Assembly: GCA_028023455.1 (NCBI GenBank)
Contig: JAQFVV010000003.1
Location: 25,730,001 to 25,794,000 of the forward strand
Origin: Epiperipatus broadwayi
Lineage: Eukaryota; Animalia; Onychophora
Length of the DNA stretch: 64,000 nucleotides
Direction of reading: 5' to 3'
Below the pieces are notes generated by a model that was not told the origin of the DNA, did not search any database, and saw only the letters and a list, made by a program, of their open reading frames with translations. Position 1 is the first letter of the stretch. Each line of letters opens with the position of its first letter. The position numbers were made by a program, and so were the translations under genes. Of the stretch, positions 28,820 to 43,372 are shown in pieces.

Positions 28820-31800
28820 TAGATAATGCATAGTTTGTGGTTCCACTGTAATTAATAATTGTCTATATACTCAGAATATATTCTATTATATATATATAAG
28901 AATAAATCAATAAATGTATACGACTAGTTGAACTCAAATATAGTAAATAAATACAAACCAAAGCTATGCTAGCTGTATTTAAAAACACAAAGTCTAATGA
29001 TTAACTACCAAAGTTTTTATAGTATAATTTGAGTATCTTACAAAAAAAAATTACAAAAACATTATACTAAGTTCAATCAATCTAATTTTTTTTTAAAAAG
29101 ATCTAAACTGACATCAAATTTGAAAAGCATGTCCAGACATCTTCAGAATGCTTCCAATCATTAATGAGTGATATCATCATCAACAACATAGTTAATCAAA
29201 ATTATTATTGGTAAACATTTTCTATTTTATTTATTATATTAGTTTCTAGTAAGTCAAACATGTTTTATCATCAAAGTAGTAAATTTTTATTCAAATGACT
29301 AGGTAAAAAAACATATCTTTATTCGCATTCATGGATGTTTGACATGTTCTTTATTAGTGATAAAGGCTGCTAATATTACAATCAAGTTTTTTTTTAATGT
29401 CAGCAAAACAATATTTGTTCAACTAACTTCAACTATCTTAGAAAATGTATTCTAAGTTAAGAAATCAAGCTATTAATGTGTTTCATAAATAGCGAGTAAA
29501 GAAACAATCTTTCTATTTGGGAGTTCATTTTTAAACAGCACCTGGGAAAATTCTAATTCTTCAAATGCTGATAATGTTTCTGATATAAACAAATTGGAGA
29601 GAGAATGATCCTAGTTAACATAAAACTGATGCTTTTGGTCATATCCCTGTACTAACTACATACATACATCACGTTTGAGCAATCATATTTTCCTTCTTTA
29701 ATTACAAACATTGGCTACGATATATCTATCTAATAAAATCTAAAGTTTGTTTGAAAATGATTTAATTCTTTTTTAAAAAAAACCCACCAGGCTCCATTTG
29801 AGTTTGAATTGCACAAATGTAAGATTTCTACATTAAACATGTTAACATTTATTTGTACTTTAAAAACGATCCTGCATCACATGCACTTTACGCTATATCT
29901 TTAGAATAATAAATAATTGTTATAGTCAAATACTCGAAAATCACATGACTTTCGAGTACCAAACCTGATAGGCTGAGGGCAATAGTTCCAGACTACATCT
30001 AGCTTAAAAGTATATACAATATTCTAGTATTTAAATATTAAATAATTAAAGTGATTTTTTTACATTTTGGTCCGCTAAGAATCTATGCAGGGACTTTACA
30101 TTTTAAGACTTCCGTTTTACCATTGATTATTTAAAAAATAACTTTTTACAATCACTTTTTTAATTTATTAGTTATTTTGCTTTGATCCCTTTTATAAATA
30201 TCATCTAACTTTCTTTATTAAAATATCAATTGTTTTTTTTGTTTTTTTTTTTGCAAATATTATTTTGAAAATTGATCAGAGAAAAGTGCAAGAGTTTCTA
30301 ATAATAAATAGAAACTTGTAAATTAAATATGATTTTATTTCACGTCGCATTAAACCATTCCTTCTTAACATTACATCTAAAGCAAATCTGAGACAATACC
30401 TAAAAGTATCTCTTGCAAGCTGAAGCTGAGGGGAGTCAGCGTTAACTTTACTGTCACTATACCAGGTGTGTCTACAACAGAATCCGTGTGGGGAAAGAAG
30501 TAATCGTTTTGCACGTTAGTGGTTTGTAAAATCAACCCTGGAGTTCACACTAGGTCAACACTATACATAAATACATATATCAAATGGCTAAAATATTATG
30601 AGAAAGCTATTTTTAACCCAAAAAATGTATGACCTTTCCTTTTTTTCAATATAATGTCAAAACGGAAAATCAGCAGGAATGCCAGGATATATATGATAAG
30701 CAATAAAAACAAAACTTCGAAAAATCAGTTTATTAAAGTCAAACATCGTGGAGGAGAGGGGATATTATTGAAAACACATTACTAAATAATTCTATTTTAT
30801 TCTCCGCTATATAATGAAAAAATCAACCATCATTTCAGTTTATTTTATATTTAAGATTACTATTTGTTTAAAATTAGTCTATATTTTTATAATTAAAAAT
30901 ATATATTGAATATACAGTATAAAGCTAGGGAACAACGTATACGTGTCTACATTCTCTTCACACATAAATATGTTCAAACGATGTGTGTATAAATGTAATT
31001 AATTATTGTGCTGGAAAACCTGTAACAACCGGTGTATTAAAATTATTGTACATTATACACAAAATTTTCTTTTGAAAGAATTATTAATTAATAATCAGCT
31101 CATTTAAATTAAAACTATGATGGATGGTTTTAAACACTATATAAATTTTGTTTCTAGAACTCACTTGTAGAAGCTTGCTTGCAGATTACTAAAATGACTT
31201 TGATAACTACAAAAAAAAAAAATGCTTTTAAAAAAATTAAATATCATATAAGCAATCAGAAACGAATTCTACGGGGGACGGAGGGGGAGCGATTGAGAGT
31301 AACTAAGTTTGTACATATTTTGGAATATTCAAATAAATAAGATTTATATACATGTCAAGGGATTCTCATAAAATGTTTTTCATATGTTTGAAAATTATTA
31401 CTTAATATTTTTACATTTCAAATAATCGAGCAAAGGCGCCAGAAAAAAGTCAAGTGACCCCAAAAAGTGCATTTTAGCTTAATTAACCTCTTCAGTTTGG
31501 CTCAAGTCACAACCCCCATTCAAATTTTTATCATAGTTTTTATTATATAGTCATTATAATGCTATAATATAATTTACAAGCACTGCGTTTTTTGTGTTTA
31601 TTCAATGATGATTATCGTCTCTAAATAAATATTACTAATCATTATAAATAACCTTTTATTAGATTAAAAACTATTTTATTATTTTTAGCTCAAAGATAGA
31701 TTTTTAATTACTTTAAAGATCAACATATCACTTCACATGGTCTTATTTATTTTATGCTATCCCAGTCCTTTACTTTGCACAAGAGTTTAAATATATCTTA

Positions 31801-33897
31801 AAATGGCTTTGTAACACTTGCATTTTTCTGGCAAATGAATAAATCACATCTAAAAATGTCTAGTGATTCCTAGGATTTATGCTAAATACTTCATCATACT
31901 GCTGCTTTATACAATATATATGTACTTTTAAAAAAATCATGATTTTTTTTTTTAAGGATTTGACATTAATGTAATAATCAATCCCAGGGTTATATGTAAC
32001 TAAACAAATTCATGAATCTTGTAACACATTCATTTATTTTAAATCTATGTATAAAATTTTAAAAAATGCATGCTTCAAGATTTGACAATATAATTGATTA
32101 CATATGTTTCTAGAGCTAAAGGATTAATTGTTATATATAGTCTTCACAGTGTGATGTGTGGACATTCCATTTAGAGTTAAAAATATGTAATTTATTTTTG
32201 TTCTATGTAGTCTGTATTTGGAGACACATTAATGGTTTAACACCATCTATATGTATAATCAGTTAATTACATATATATTCATACTTTGAAAACAAATCAT
32301 ATTTACAATGTTAAAATAAATATTCAATGATCATTCTGGTGTCAAAATCAGGTATTCAAGGACTGTAGTTCATTTGATGGAAATAGGTTGATATTTGAAA
32401 TACATGTATAATGAATTAGGGTTGATGCAAGTTTTTGTATTGATTAATAATTAATTTTTTAAAATATAGATTTAAAATAAATAATTGGTTATATATGTGT
32501 GCGTGTTATTTCTACACATTATCTTGCAACAAAACAATAATCTTGACTAAATGAAGATTTCATTTACCAATGCATAGACAATTAGATAACTAGTTAATTA
32601 TATCGATTGTTAAGAGGATAAAGATCATTTATCAATTCTCTTTTCTTTTTGTAGTGACAGATAATGCATTCATCCCAATTTAGCATTGTATGGTAAAACT
32701 AGCAGAAATAAATGTAGTTGTAAATTATATTTGATTATTCCGTCTGGTATGGGGGAGGGGATGCAATAATAAGCAGTAAAAACTGAATAGTAAAACAATT
32801 TTGAATTTGAAAACCAAATTTGAATAAATAAAGTTCATAGTGAAAGTTAATTTTACCACATAATAATTTGTCACTTTTTACTTTCTCTATGATATGATTG
32901 TAAACATTTCATTTTCTTAATTTGAGTTTGCTATTATTTCATAATACCATGGAACCTTCAAAAAGACATTGCAGATTCCTCAGACTAGAAATTTTATTAG
33001 ATGAATTTGGAGTTTTTAAACTGTTGATAGTTATAGTTTGCAAAAGAAACCAGTTTTGTAAAAGTGAGCAAAATATTTAATCTACTAATAAGAATAGAAT
33101 TCCTATAATCAGTGAATCTCATGCAGGTATCATCACTTCTTTGAGGATTGATCAAAACATTCAAAGGAGTATCAGGCTCTAAAAAAGTAATAAAAAATCA
33201 CTCAAAGCATTCAAAGAAATATTATGCTTCAAAATGACAGATATTAGACTTAATGAGTGCAGAGAGGAGTATTTTTAATATATAAAAGAATCAAATGATT
33301 TATTTCTCAGGAGTGCACAAAAAGTTTGAGCATTGAAAATAACAGAGCTGGTATCACAATCCATTGATCTTAAGTTTCATAATCAATCACTCTATCACTA
33401 CATTAAACAGGCCAAACATTTATATATTAATGCATAATTCTGATACAATTTTATATTGTTATAAATGAATCAGAGTGAATTTTCAAACGTAATATGACAA
33501 CTATTTGACAAATTTTCTGTAATTTGCACGTGTGTGTGTGCATTTAAAAATGTGCATACACAGTGTAAACTTGCCATTCCTGTGAAAAAATTTATGTCAT
33601 CATAGACACATATCAATCAAAAATTATAAGTTTTGTTTTAATCTTATTATTACTAAACTTTATTTCATTTCAGTTTAAGAAAATCTAATTTGTTTCATTT
33701 ATATTACATATTGATTGCTTTAAATTATTATATATTGAAATAGTATCAATAACTTCTCATGTTTGTGTTGGGATAACGTTTAATCTTTCACTATTTGTAC
33801 AGTGTGTATTAAAAAAATAGAAACGTAATTGAATTTTCATTATATTTTTATTATTAAATGATTTATTTATTGTTGCTTTTTTTTTGTAGAAAATATA

Positions 33898-35075
33898 ATG
33901 GCACATTTACAAATGTCAAAGAAAAATATAATCAGTATTATGTAGAATATTTGGAATATGCATTTATACAAGCATCAACAAACAATCAACTACTAACTTA
34001 TTTTCTGGAACAAAATTGAAATGATAACATGAAGCCTTCTTGTTTATTGTGACATTTAATAGATTTGTCTTATTTTTAAGAGAATCATGATGAATTTGAG
34101 TAACACAATCATATTTTTTATGTATTCTTCATAATAAAATAATAATGGTTTGTCAGTTCTCTCTTGCAATATTTCACTTTGAATTAAATAATTCAGTAAA
34201 ATCCCATGCAATTGATAAACATTTAATTTTACTTTAAAATTTTGAAATAATTAGTATAGTTTTTCATAAATCTCAAATTAATAAAAATATGGTTAAAAAT
34301 GAATAGACAAAATGGTCAAAAACACAGGAAATACATAATATGACATTTTATGAGAATGAAACTTATATTATGGTTTTATAAGTCAGTACTGTCAGATAAA
34401 GAATCTTTGCTACTTGCACATTTATAATTCATTAAAAAAAGTTTAATGAATAATTATTATTTGCAAAATATTTGGAAAATGATGCAAAAAAGATTTTATT
34501 TTATGTAACAGAATATTTTTTTAAGATGAAGAAATTCCATTTACAAATACAATTGTCTATCCATCTGATAGAACCCCGCTAATGATAAGTCATTATAGGA
34601 ACTTTTAGAAAATATGAAAACTGTTTCTGTTCATTTTATATTTCACTACCAGCATTTAATTATAAAAAAATTGATTACACAATTCTTTACAATCTATAAT
34701 TATTGCTATAAACAAAATTAAATCACATCCTCTCAGTGATAGACTTTATCAAAAACTATGATCTGAAAATGATGGTTTTGAATGATTTAAGTTTAATGGC
34801 TATAAATTTTTTTTTATAAACTCTGATAATATTGGGAAATTTTTTGTAAATACAGGGGATATGTTCAGAAATAATCAGAATATTTTTTATTATGATATTT
34901 ATGCAACATATGATGAAATGAATTATATCAGTTTGCAAATTTATTGGATATAAAAGAATAAAATAAAATATCTGATGATACAAAAATTTCATGAAAATAT
35001 AGTAGAAAGATTAGATCTTCTTAATTTGGACATTTCAGATTGGATTATGAATTCATATATAAATATGTGAGCTTC
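33898..35075 (+). mobile_element. Decayed hAT (Charlie/ZBED8-like) transposase
   Basis: KEKYNQYYVEYLEYAFIQASTNNQL, MKPS, NKIKSHPLSDRLYQKL and DISDWIMN segments; many stops; TIRs not resolved. Confidence 0.75.
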
Positions 35076-35760
35076 AAATTATATTGTACTTTATTATTTT
35101 ATGTTATCCAAAGAAAAATGTAAACAAAATAAAATGTAAATAAACAAACAACAAAATCATTAAAATTCACAAATGTTATTCGGCAGCCATCTTTCCATTT
35201 TTGAGCACTGTAAACAATTACATATATTAATAAAATTTCTTCCGTTTATGTTGCAAGCATATATATTTTATTCTTCTTTTATTAACCTAGTAAAATTACA
35301 AAATTTTAGAACATAACAAAAGTTAATACTGATTTAAAATCATCAAAAGAATTAGAGTGATTTTAATTCCTTGATAAAAAAAATCACTGTTATGTTTCTA
35401 CAAGAGAAAAAAATATTGAAAAAGAAAAAATATTGTCTAAAACATATTGATAGCTATGAAAATTAAACATCTCAAAATATGATAATTAGCTTTTTTATTA
35501 TTATTCTTTCTGCTTCAGTAAATACAAGAATAACCACAAACTCAGTAAAATATATGTAAATGTGTCCTCTCAATTTATTATTGATAACATATTATTATTT
35601 TAAAAATTTTGTTTATACTATAATTTTGATTTATATGCAAACTATACATATAAAATAGTATCTATGTTATATGTGTGTGTGTTGAAAAGTACTGTACACT
35701 TAAAATTTAATAAATAATATGTATTTTATTTTAATCCATATTTATCAACAAAACATGGAC

Positions 35761-37153
35761 ATCATTACTAACCTTCTATTAAACAGATATATTGCAATTT
35801 CATTAAATGGAAAAATTTCAAACTCATTCATTCAGCACATATTCTACATGGATGATGTGGCAGTGTTCTTACCATCTAGAAAATTCATACCGAAACTAAT
35901 TCAAATTATGGACAATTTCACCATAGAGTCAGGTCTTGCATTTAACCTTAAAAAATCTGCTGTATGGAGACTTTCATCTGGAAAATCCATTCCATCCCTT
36001 TTCACAGCTATGCCACAATGAGTCTCTCTCATGTAGCAATGAGACACTATCATGAATTCTGCAAGAAAAATAATTGATTCACTTTCAAAAGTTTATACAT
36101 CATTATTTGCAAAAGCAGTCCTACTCAACATGTTACTGTTCCCCAGAATTTCTTACTACATGCCGTTCATTAAAATTTATCCAGAATATAAAACTCTCTT
36201 TGCTTTAGATTAAGGTGGAAGGATAAAACTGTTGCTATTAGCTTAAGAAGAGTGCAGAGACCAACAAGACTTAATGGCTTGTCACTGCATTCACTTCATG
36301 TTCTTTGCCTACAGAAATCAAATAACCTCATTACAAGACTTAATGGGATTTTTCCTGATGACTCACCTTTTCTATCTATTCATACTACAGATACTCCACC
36401 TCCAATTAATGATGGTTGGTTGACACAAGTCTTAATTGACATTGCAAAAATTCTCACACCTTTAACTCAAATAAAACCAACGAAATTTCATTATTGGGAT
36501 GCCTATCTTCTTTTTTTTTTTCAACATTTATCCCAGATCATAACATTATCACCTGTACAAACTTTGCCATTATAAAGAAATATAAAAGATGTAATCTAGA
36601 GCCAAAATATTTGGACTTTCTTCTAAAGCTAAATCTCAATGCCCTTCCAACAAGCCACTTTCTTGTGATGTATAGAGGTTTTTCATCTTTGGACCCTGTT
36701 TGCTCATTCTGCCATAGGGAGGATGATACCATATTTCACATTTTCAATGATTGTTCCTCTCTTCAGGGCTGTAGAATATTGGTTAATAAAATTTATACAC
36801 CAAAACATCCAATTATCAACACACTCATAGAAGGTTTTGCTTATGGAGATTTTGCAATTATAAGAAGTGCAACTTTCATCACTTTCTGTCTATGGTTTGT
36901 CAGATGCTTCCTAATCTTCAAGTCTGTTATACCTGATCCAACATTATTTTTTTTTACAAAAATTAAAAGATATCAAAGAAAGAGATTTGAAGTTAGCTCC
37001 TCACCTAATAGTAAATTCCACAGGGAATCTTATTAATATTGGACATTAAGTAATTTAATGGTTTTTAAATGTATTGCCAAATTTAATGTTATTTTATAAT
37101 TTTTTCTTTATTGTAAACATAGTTGAATAAACCTGTTTTTGATAAAAAAAAAA
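35761..37153 (+). mobile_element. 5'-truncated, internally deleted L1/Tx1-clade LINE with poly(A)
   Basis: RT motif FYMDDVAVF; zf-RVT-like CSFCHREDDTIFHIFNDC; AATAAA then A15; TSD AAAACATGGAC at 35750-35760 and 37154-37164. Confidence 0.88.
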
Positions 37154-38499
37154 AAAACATGGACTACTATATGCTATATACATTGAATGAGAGAAGCAAA
37201 AGAAAGAAATAAAGAAAAGACAAATCATGACATGATCTAAGTGCCACAAGAATTTGATATTTTACTCATCCCAACTTTTAATAAATAATGTTTGTATTAC
37301 AATTAATAAAGTTAATATACTGACACCCAAATAATCAATTTATATTAAAATGTGATCTAAAAACTTTAGTTAATAATATCTAGATACTTATTTACTGGCT
37401 AACCCAGGGTTAGCTATAGATTGACTTTCAGCAAAACTAAGTCTGCTTATGATTTGGAAAAATTTTAACAGTTCATCTGATTTTATTTGAACCCTGGTTC
37501 TTGAGCATAAAGTGGTGGTGTTTATGTACCGGCTGTTAAACAATATCCAAAGGCCTATGTCAAAGCTTATATATATATAATACCATTACTATATAAGTAT
37601 TAATAAGCACTTAAAATGCATAAGTGTAAAAATTGTATTTACATTAAATGTAAATAAAACCAACTTTCATTTTTAACTAATTTCAATGAGCCATAATTTT
37701 GGAGATCCCATTTTCTCATCAGATTTGGTAACTCTATAAAACAGATTTCTGTATATATAGTTACAGTGTTCAAGGTCAAGCAAGAAATATATAAGTGTCT
37801 GCAACAATAAATGTATAAAAAAGACATATAATAATTGTATAAAATAAAAATAATAACTTTGTACAATAATTATGTACAATAATTGTGTGAAATGATTATA
37901 TACAATAACTCTAAATTTGTATAAATATCAATGTGTAGTGGTGTTATTAGGTCATAGGGTTGCATTTTGGCATTATAATGTCAGAGAACTATTAAAAATG
38001 TATATGATGAGGGATATAAAAAACCCATGTATATGTAAAAGATGCATATAGTAAGATATGTAAAAAAAAAAACCATATTTGATAAGGTTTGTAAAAGACT
38101 CCAAAAGTCTTGAGAGTTATATAAATTTCCAGAACCTGACATACAGATTCAGGTATTTATGTAATTCAGAGACTTCTGCCTCTGTAAGTCAAAAAGCAGA
38201 ACTATGGTTTATTATGTGCAGATTACCATGCCTTTTATTATTTTTATGCACCATAAGCTATGTATACTTGTATGCTCATATGTTATTTAAATTAAACTAT
38301 TAGTGTACCATCTCAATTCTAATTTTGTCAATTATTTACTTATTGCTCTCAGACACAGCAAATAGGATTTGAATCACAATTGCCTAAATAGCAAACTGAA
38401 CTAACATGGAAAATGGTGGGCACATCACATTTCAGTATATGTGAATTCAAGATATATAATCCAAGTGATTGGCCACAGTATGTTCAGAGGATAAAAAAA

Positions 38500-39200
38500 T
38501 ACATTATACTAAATGGTATTACCAATAATACCGTAAAATTAGCCCCTTTACTTTGATCCATAGGCCAAAAAAACTGTGTAAACCTAATTTCCAAGAATCA
38601 CAGCAATATGATGATCTTGTAACAAAACTAAATTATTATTTCAGCCCCCAGTCAACCAAGTTTATTACTTGTTTACATTTCAGGAGCAGAAAGCAAGGGA
38701 AAATGATAAAATAAAAGATTATGATGTGGGATAAAAGAGATGGCAAAACCATACTTTTACAACAAATACTTAGAGGAAGCTCTCCTCAAGCAACTATTAT
38801 ATGAGCTAATAGATTATCAGTTTAGATAAATATTATTAGCAATAAAATACTAACATACAAAAAAGAAATAAGACATGAAACAGCTCACAAACTAATACTC
38901 AACTGAGAGAGTACAAAAAGTTTCACAAGACCAGAAGCACTACGTGCTTTCTAAAACATCAGGAGTTGAATCTAAAACAGACAAATGAGTTAAATGTTTC
39001 CAATGCCAAAAATTCAGTCACAAACCCTGTAATTGCAATAAGCAAGAATGTGAAAGCTGCAGGATAATAACTGACAGCTCCAAAAGAACAAGAAGCCCCA
39101 AGCAAAAAAGTTACCCGCAGTGTGATGGAAAGTAGCTACATAAAAAAATGCTGTCATGGATTAACCTGATCAAATTATGCTAAATGTAAAATTTATCAGC
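38500..39200 (+). mobile_element. LINE ORF1/gag relic with CCHC zinc knuckle
   Basis: VKCFQCQKFSHKPCNC (Cx2Cx4Hx4C at 38995-39036) followed by a further CxxC. Confidence 0.55.
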
Positions 39201-39627
39201 AAACCGATAACCATGGAAATTGATATCGGAAATCATTTAACTTTTTTACATGCATGTGGTCATGTGTATTGGTTATATTGGATAGAATAAATGACTATAG
39301 GAAACTTGAAAGTCTGGGTTCAAATCCCCTTTAATTACATCTAGGTTAAATATATACTCTATATTTGTATTTAAATATTACATATTCAGCCCATTCTTCT
39401 TCTATGTATTTAAATGGACAGGTTAAGATTCCTATATGAGGGAATAGATTGATTTAAGGTCAACATGGATATGGCTATAATATTGATATCATCAAGGGCT
39501 TTGAACATTTTATCATCAGATTTTCAATGATATGAATGGCTGAAGAGTAGAGAGGACCTGTCCATTAAAGTGTATAGATTTGCAATCTTAATATAAACTG
39601 AGCCCTGATTATATATATATGGGAAAT

Positions 39628-39687
39628 GATGATCCAGACAAATTGATGAGTGCTGGTTCAGTATAAAATACATATATTAGAAATCAT
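39628..39687 (+). ncRNA. Family 1 hammerhead, inactivated (C3>U, G12>A)
   Basis: CAAA-UUGAUGA-GUGCUG-GUU-CAGUAU-AAAA-U-ACAU-A-UA/UUAG. Confidence 0.65.
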
Positions 39688-40081
39688 TTATCTTTTTCAC
39701 ATGTATGTGGTCATGTGTATCAGTTGTATTGGATAGAGTGGATGACTAGAAGGAGCTTTAAAGTCTGAGTTCGAATTCCCTTTAATTACAACTAGGTTAA
39801 ATATCTACCCTATATTTGTATTTCAATATTACATATTCAGTCTTTATTATGCCCATCCATCTTATGTGTATTTAAATGGACATGTTAAGATCCTCCCATA
39901 TCATGGTCATATTAGATTAACTTCAGTTCAACATGGATATAACTATAATATTGGCATCTTTGTGCATTCCACCATCAGATTTCCAGTGATATAACTGGCT
40001 GAGTAGGAGAGGATTGAAGCCTGTCCATTAAAATATGTATAATATAAACTGAGCACTGATTATATATGTGTGGGGGAGATG

Positions 40082-40140
40082 TTGATCTGGACCAACTGAT
40101 GAGTGCTGGTTCAACATGAAGTTCATATATTGGAGATCAT
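40082..40140 (+). ncRNA. Family 1 hammerhead, near-intact (A15.1>G)
   Basis: UUGAUCU-GGA-CCAA-CUGAUGA-GUGCUG-GUU-CAACAU-GAAG-U-UCAU-A-UA/UUGG-AGAUCAU; cut 40129/40130. Confidence 0.78.
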
Positions 40141-43100
40141 TTATTTTTTCATATGTATGTAGTCATGTCTATTAGTTATATTAGATAGAATGGTGACTGT
40201 AGGGAGCTTGAAAGTTTTTTTTCCTCTTTAATTACATCTAGGTTAAGTATACACCCTATATTTGTATTTTAATATTTAATAATGTATTATCAAACATGGG
40301 ATGTTAATAATAAATTAAGGTTAAGGGGTAGCAAGTAAAAGTAAATTACCACTGATAATGGCTAAATATCATTATATGATCATAGTACTCCACTGCCCTA
40401 TGCAATATGCAATTTAACACAGTATCAGAATAACAAATTCCAAAGCTAAAGATTATTGAGTTGAAGCTGAACCTATCACATAAGCTTTTTAGTTACTAAC
40501 CATTTGCTAATTCTATTATTATAACTATATTCCATAGATATTCTGATCTGTCTTCAGTAAAAGAATTTTTTTTTTTTTTATTAAAGTAAAACAATGTATG
40601 AAACATTTTATCACACAACTCATTTCAATAATTCAATAAATAAATAAAAAAAATTAAATGGTTAGTTGATCTGAATTTTATATAAAAATCCATATAAAAT
40701 TTGAATAGCACTGGAAATAACAAAGCTGTGTTTTAAAGGCCTTAAGTTTCAGTGTTTAGTACTCTACTACTGCTCTAACTGATGTAGAGCAAATTTTTCA
40801 GGAGCTTATTGATAATAATGTATTTATTTATTCCAAGTTCTGTACAACAAATACAACATTATTTTTTGTTTCAACATATGTTATTAGAAACAATTTTCTT
40901 CATCCTACTTCAGAGCCATCTATTGTAAGATTCTATCAATTATATTCACATCTGGTAATTTTTATATCCACATTCCAAGACTTATTTCTGGTTTTGTCGA
41001 TGAGAGGCTTGAATCAAATGCAATTCTCATCCAATGGCCACCCTGTAATGCAAGGTGGTTTCTCCTTTTTCAGAGTCAGGAATCTCTCAGCCACAATTCA
41101 ACAAGACTGTCAAGTACTGCCACCAAGTAATAATAACTGATCACCATTTGAGATAATTTGCCAACGTGCCATATTTTAGCATAATTTATTCTAATAATTT
41201 AATATTTTGGACTGACGTCAAAAACATTAAAACATGGTCTTAATTTGTAAATCATTATTATATATATATTAAATGTTTTAGTCTATAACTTGTAAATAAC
41301 AACAGGTTATATATATATATAACCAAGTTAAAAGCGATTCAAAAATTAACAAAAACTATAAATTAATAAAATCCAAATCGATCTTAATTTCCGCACTCTT
41401 GAGCTGATAAGATTCAATGATGTCTATAAATGGTGTGTAATTATAGGAAAAAAATACGACATTTTATCACTGTTTGCAAAAAAAAAAGAGAGAGAGAGAG
41501 ACATCTACAAATAGCAAAATAAAATTAGTAAAAGCGGAAGGTAATGATGAAATATGATAGTTTGATATCGCAGATGCTACTTATTAACATTTATAAAAAA
41601 AAATAAAGCTGGGGGAAAGAAGAGTGGAGGGGGACTCGTATATATTAATTTTCTACTATTAGTACATATAAATCCGAATCATATTAATTACAAATTTTAA
41701 TTTAAAAAAAATCTAAGATTATTTGTTAAAAATTCAATTATAAAGTATTTAAAATTAAATTAATTTTTTAATTTTAAAAAACCCAAAACCCTAGTAACTA
41801 ACTATTAATAGAAATTTGAAAGAATTCATGGCATAATGGTTAATGCATCTGCCAACAATAATCAAGATGTGGAATTCCACATGTCAACAATACCTACGAA
41901 CTGCGATTCGAATTTAAGCTACGCGATTATTGAAACTTTTTAAAGTCCAAATACATTTAAGATTCTTTTTTCAAATGGATGACCTATAGCCAACGCAGAG
42001 TATCATATAATAACGGTATCAAATGGGTGTTCAGTCATTTTAAAGGCTCAGAGTAACTTAAGTTATTCAAGTGAAAACCAATGTGCTGATTCTGTAAAAT
42101 AAAAATATAATTGTAATGGGATGCAACCTTCACTACTGATGGGAGAGGTGTGAATATATACACATTTTTGTTCCTGAAAATTAAAAATATAATTAAAAGA
42201 TGAAACATTTTCTTTTCACAGAAATGGAAATTGCTCAGCCTGAATAACAACTCTGGATGACACAATAGCTTACTATCAATAGAAGAGGGGAGTCATTACA
42301 AAGCCTTTCACAAATTAATCTTATTTAGTCATACAAAATATATGGAATGCACACTATCATCACTTCTGCCTGTCACATTGTGAGCTTGGGTAGCTTAGTA
42401 CTAACACACCAATGTTATCAAGTTGGTCATAATGCTGATTCAGGGGTTTTATATTGACTGTTGATGCCTTATAGTAATCAAAATTTCCAAACATTAAATT
42501 ATAATCTTATTTTTGGTTTTTATGCACAATGCATTGAGATTCATGTGATTAACCGAGATTAAACCTGAAGGTTTAACTACTATGTAATGATAGTCATATA
42601 ACTATTTAAAGACCAATAATGGATATCTATCAAAATTGGCTACAGCTGAATAATTGGTATGTTGGGCCTAGACTCAAATTCAAAGTTGTTGACATGGGCT
42701 AATTACTGCACTACAATTCTTCAAAGCTTAAGTTGGAATTTATTGCATGGGCAAAACAGCTGTCAAAAATGAATCTGCTATTTGAATGAAAACATTAAAT
42801 TATTTCCTGCCCCAGACAAAAAAAAATACTGTTAAATTTGAACTAAAAATAAAAAATAATTAAAATTTCAATTTTAAACCCAAATGATTTATGCTTAGAC
42901 TTTTTTATTTATTTAAGTAGTCAGTTCCAAACTGACATTATTCTTAAAAAAATTCTGTTTTTGTGAATAAATAATTAATTATTGAATGATTGTTACATTA
43001 AAGGTGAATCATATTGAAAGCTAAAGGTAATTGAGTCAATTCAAGAACCTTACCTTTGAAGTATGTCACTCTACTATTGTTCTGACCTACACAAAGCAAA

Positions 43101-43372
43101 GCATATAAATAGATGGTTGTTGCTCGCAGGTCATGTGATGTTTAAGGATCAAAATGATTGACTGAGCTTTGATTAAAAATCATTTTGTCATAGAATCCAT
43201 CATATTACTATGGCACCAAATCATACACATAAAGTATCAAGAAAAATATCTTCCAAATTAAAGAATGTCTTGAAGCAAATAACCAATTTTTTTTGGCAGA
43301 TTGTATGTGCACTTTGAATTATCACATTTTCCCAGGATCAACCTTTAGTTTGTTTATTTCTTTTATTTATTT

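Larger units (their letters stand above)
39226..40276 (+). mobile_element. Tandem array (about 2.3 units, 451/453-bp period) of family 1 HHR plus tRNA-like retrozyme
   Basis: Units restart at 39226, 39677 and 40130; B-box GGGTTCAAATCCC (39316) and GAGTTCGAATTCC (39767); an HHR at each junction. Confidence 0.88.

Noticed and set aside
29120-29150. Minus-strand CUGAAGA followed by a small hairpin
   Set aside because: No GAAA or stem III follows.
34972-35005. CUGAUGA...GAAA...UA
   Set aside because: No stems I or II; lies inside the hAT transposase relic.
39226-40276. CRISPR-like array
   Set aside because: Whole ~450-bp units repeat with no unique spacers, in a eukaryotic context.
41610-41640. 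AGTGGAGGGGG resembling a twister ribozyme 3' end
   Set aside because: Upstream twister elements and pseudoknot partners are absent.
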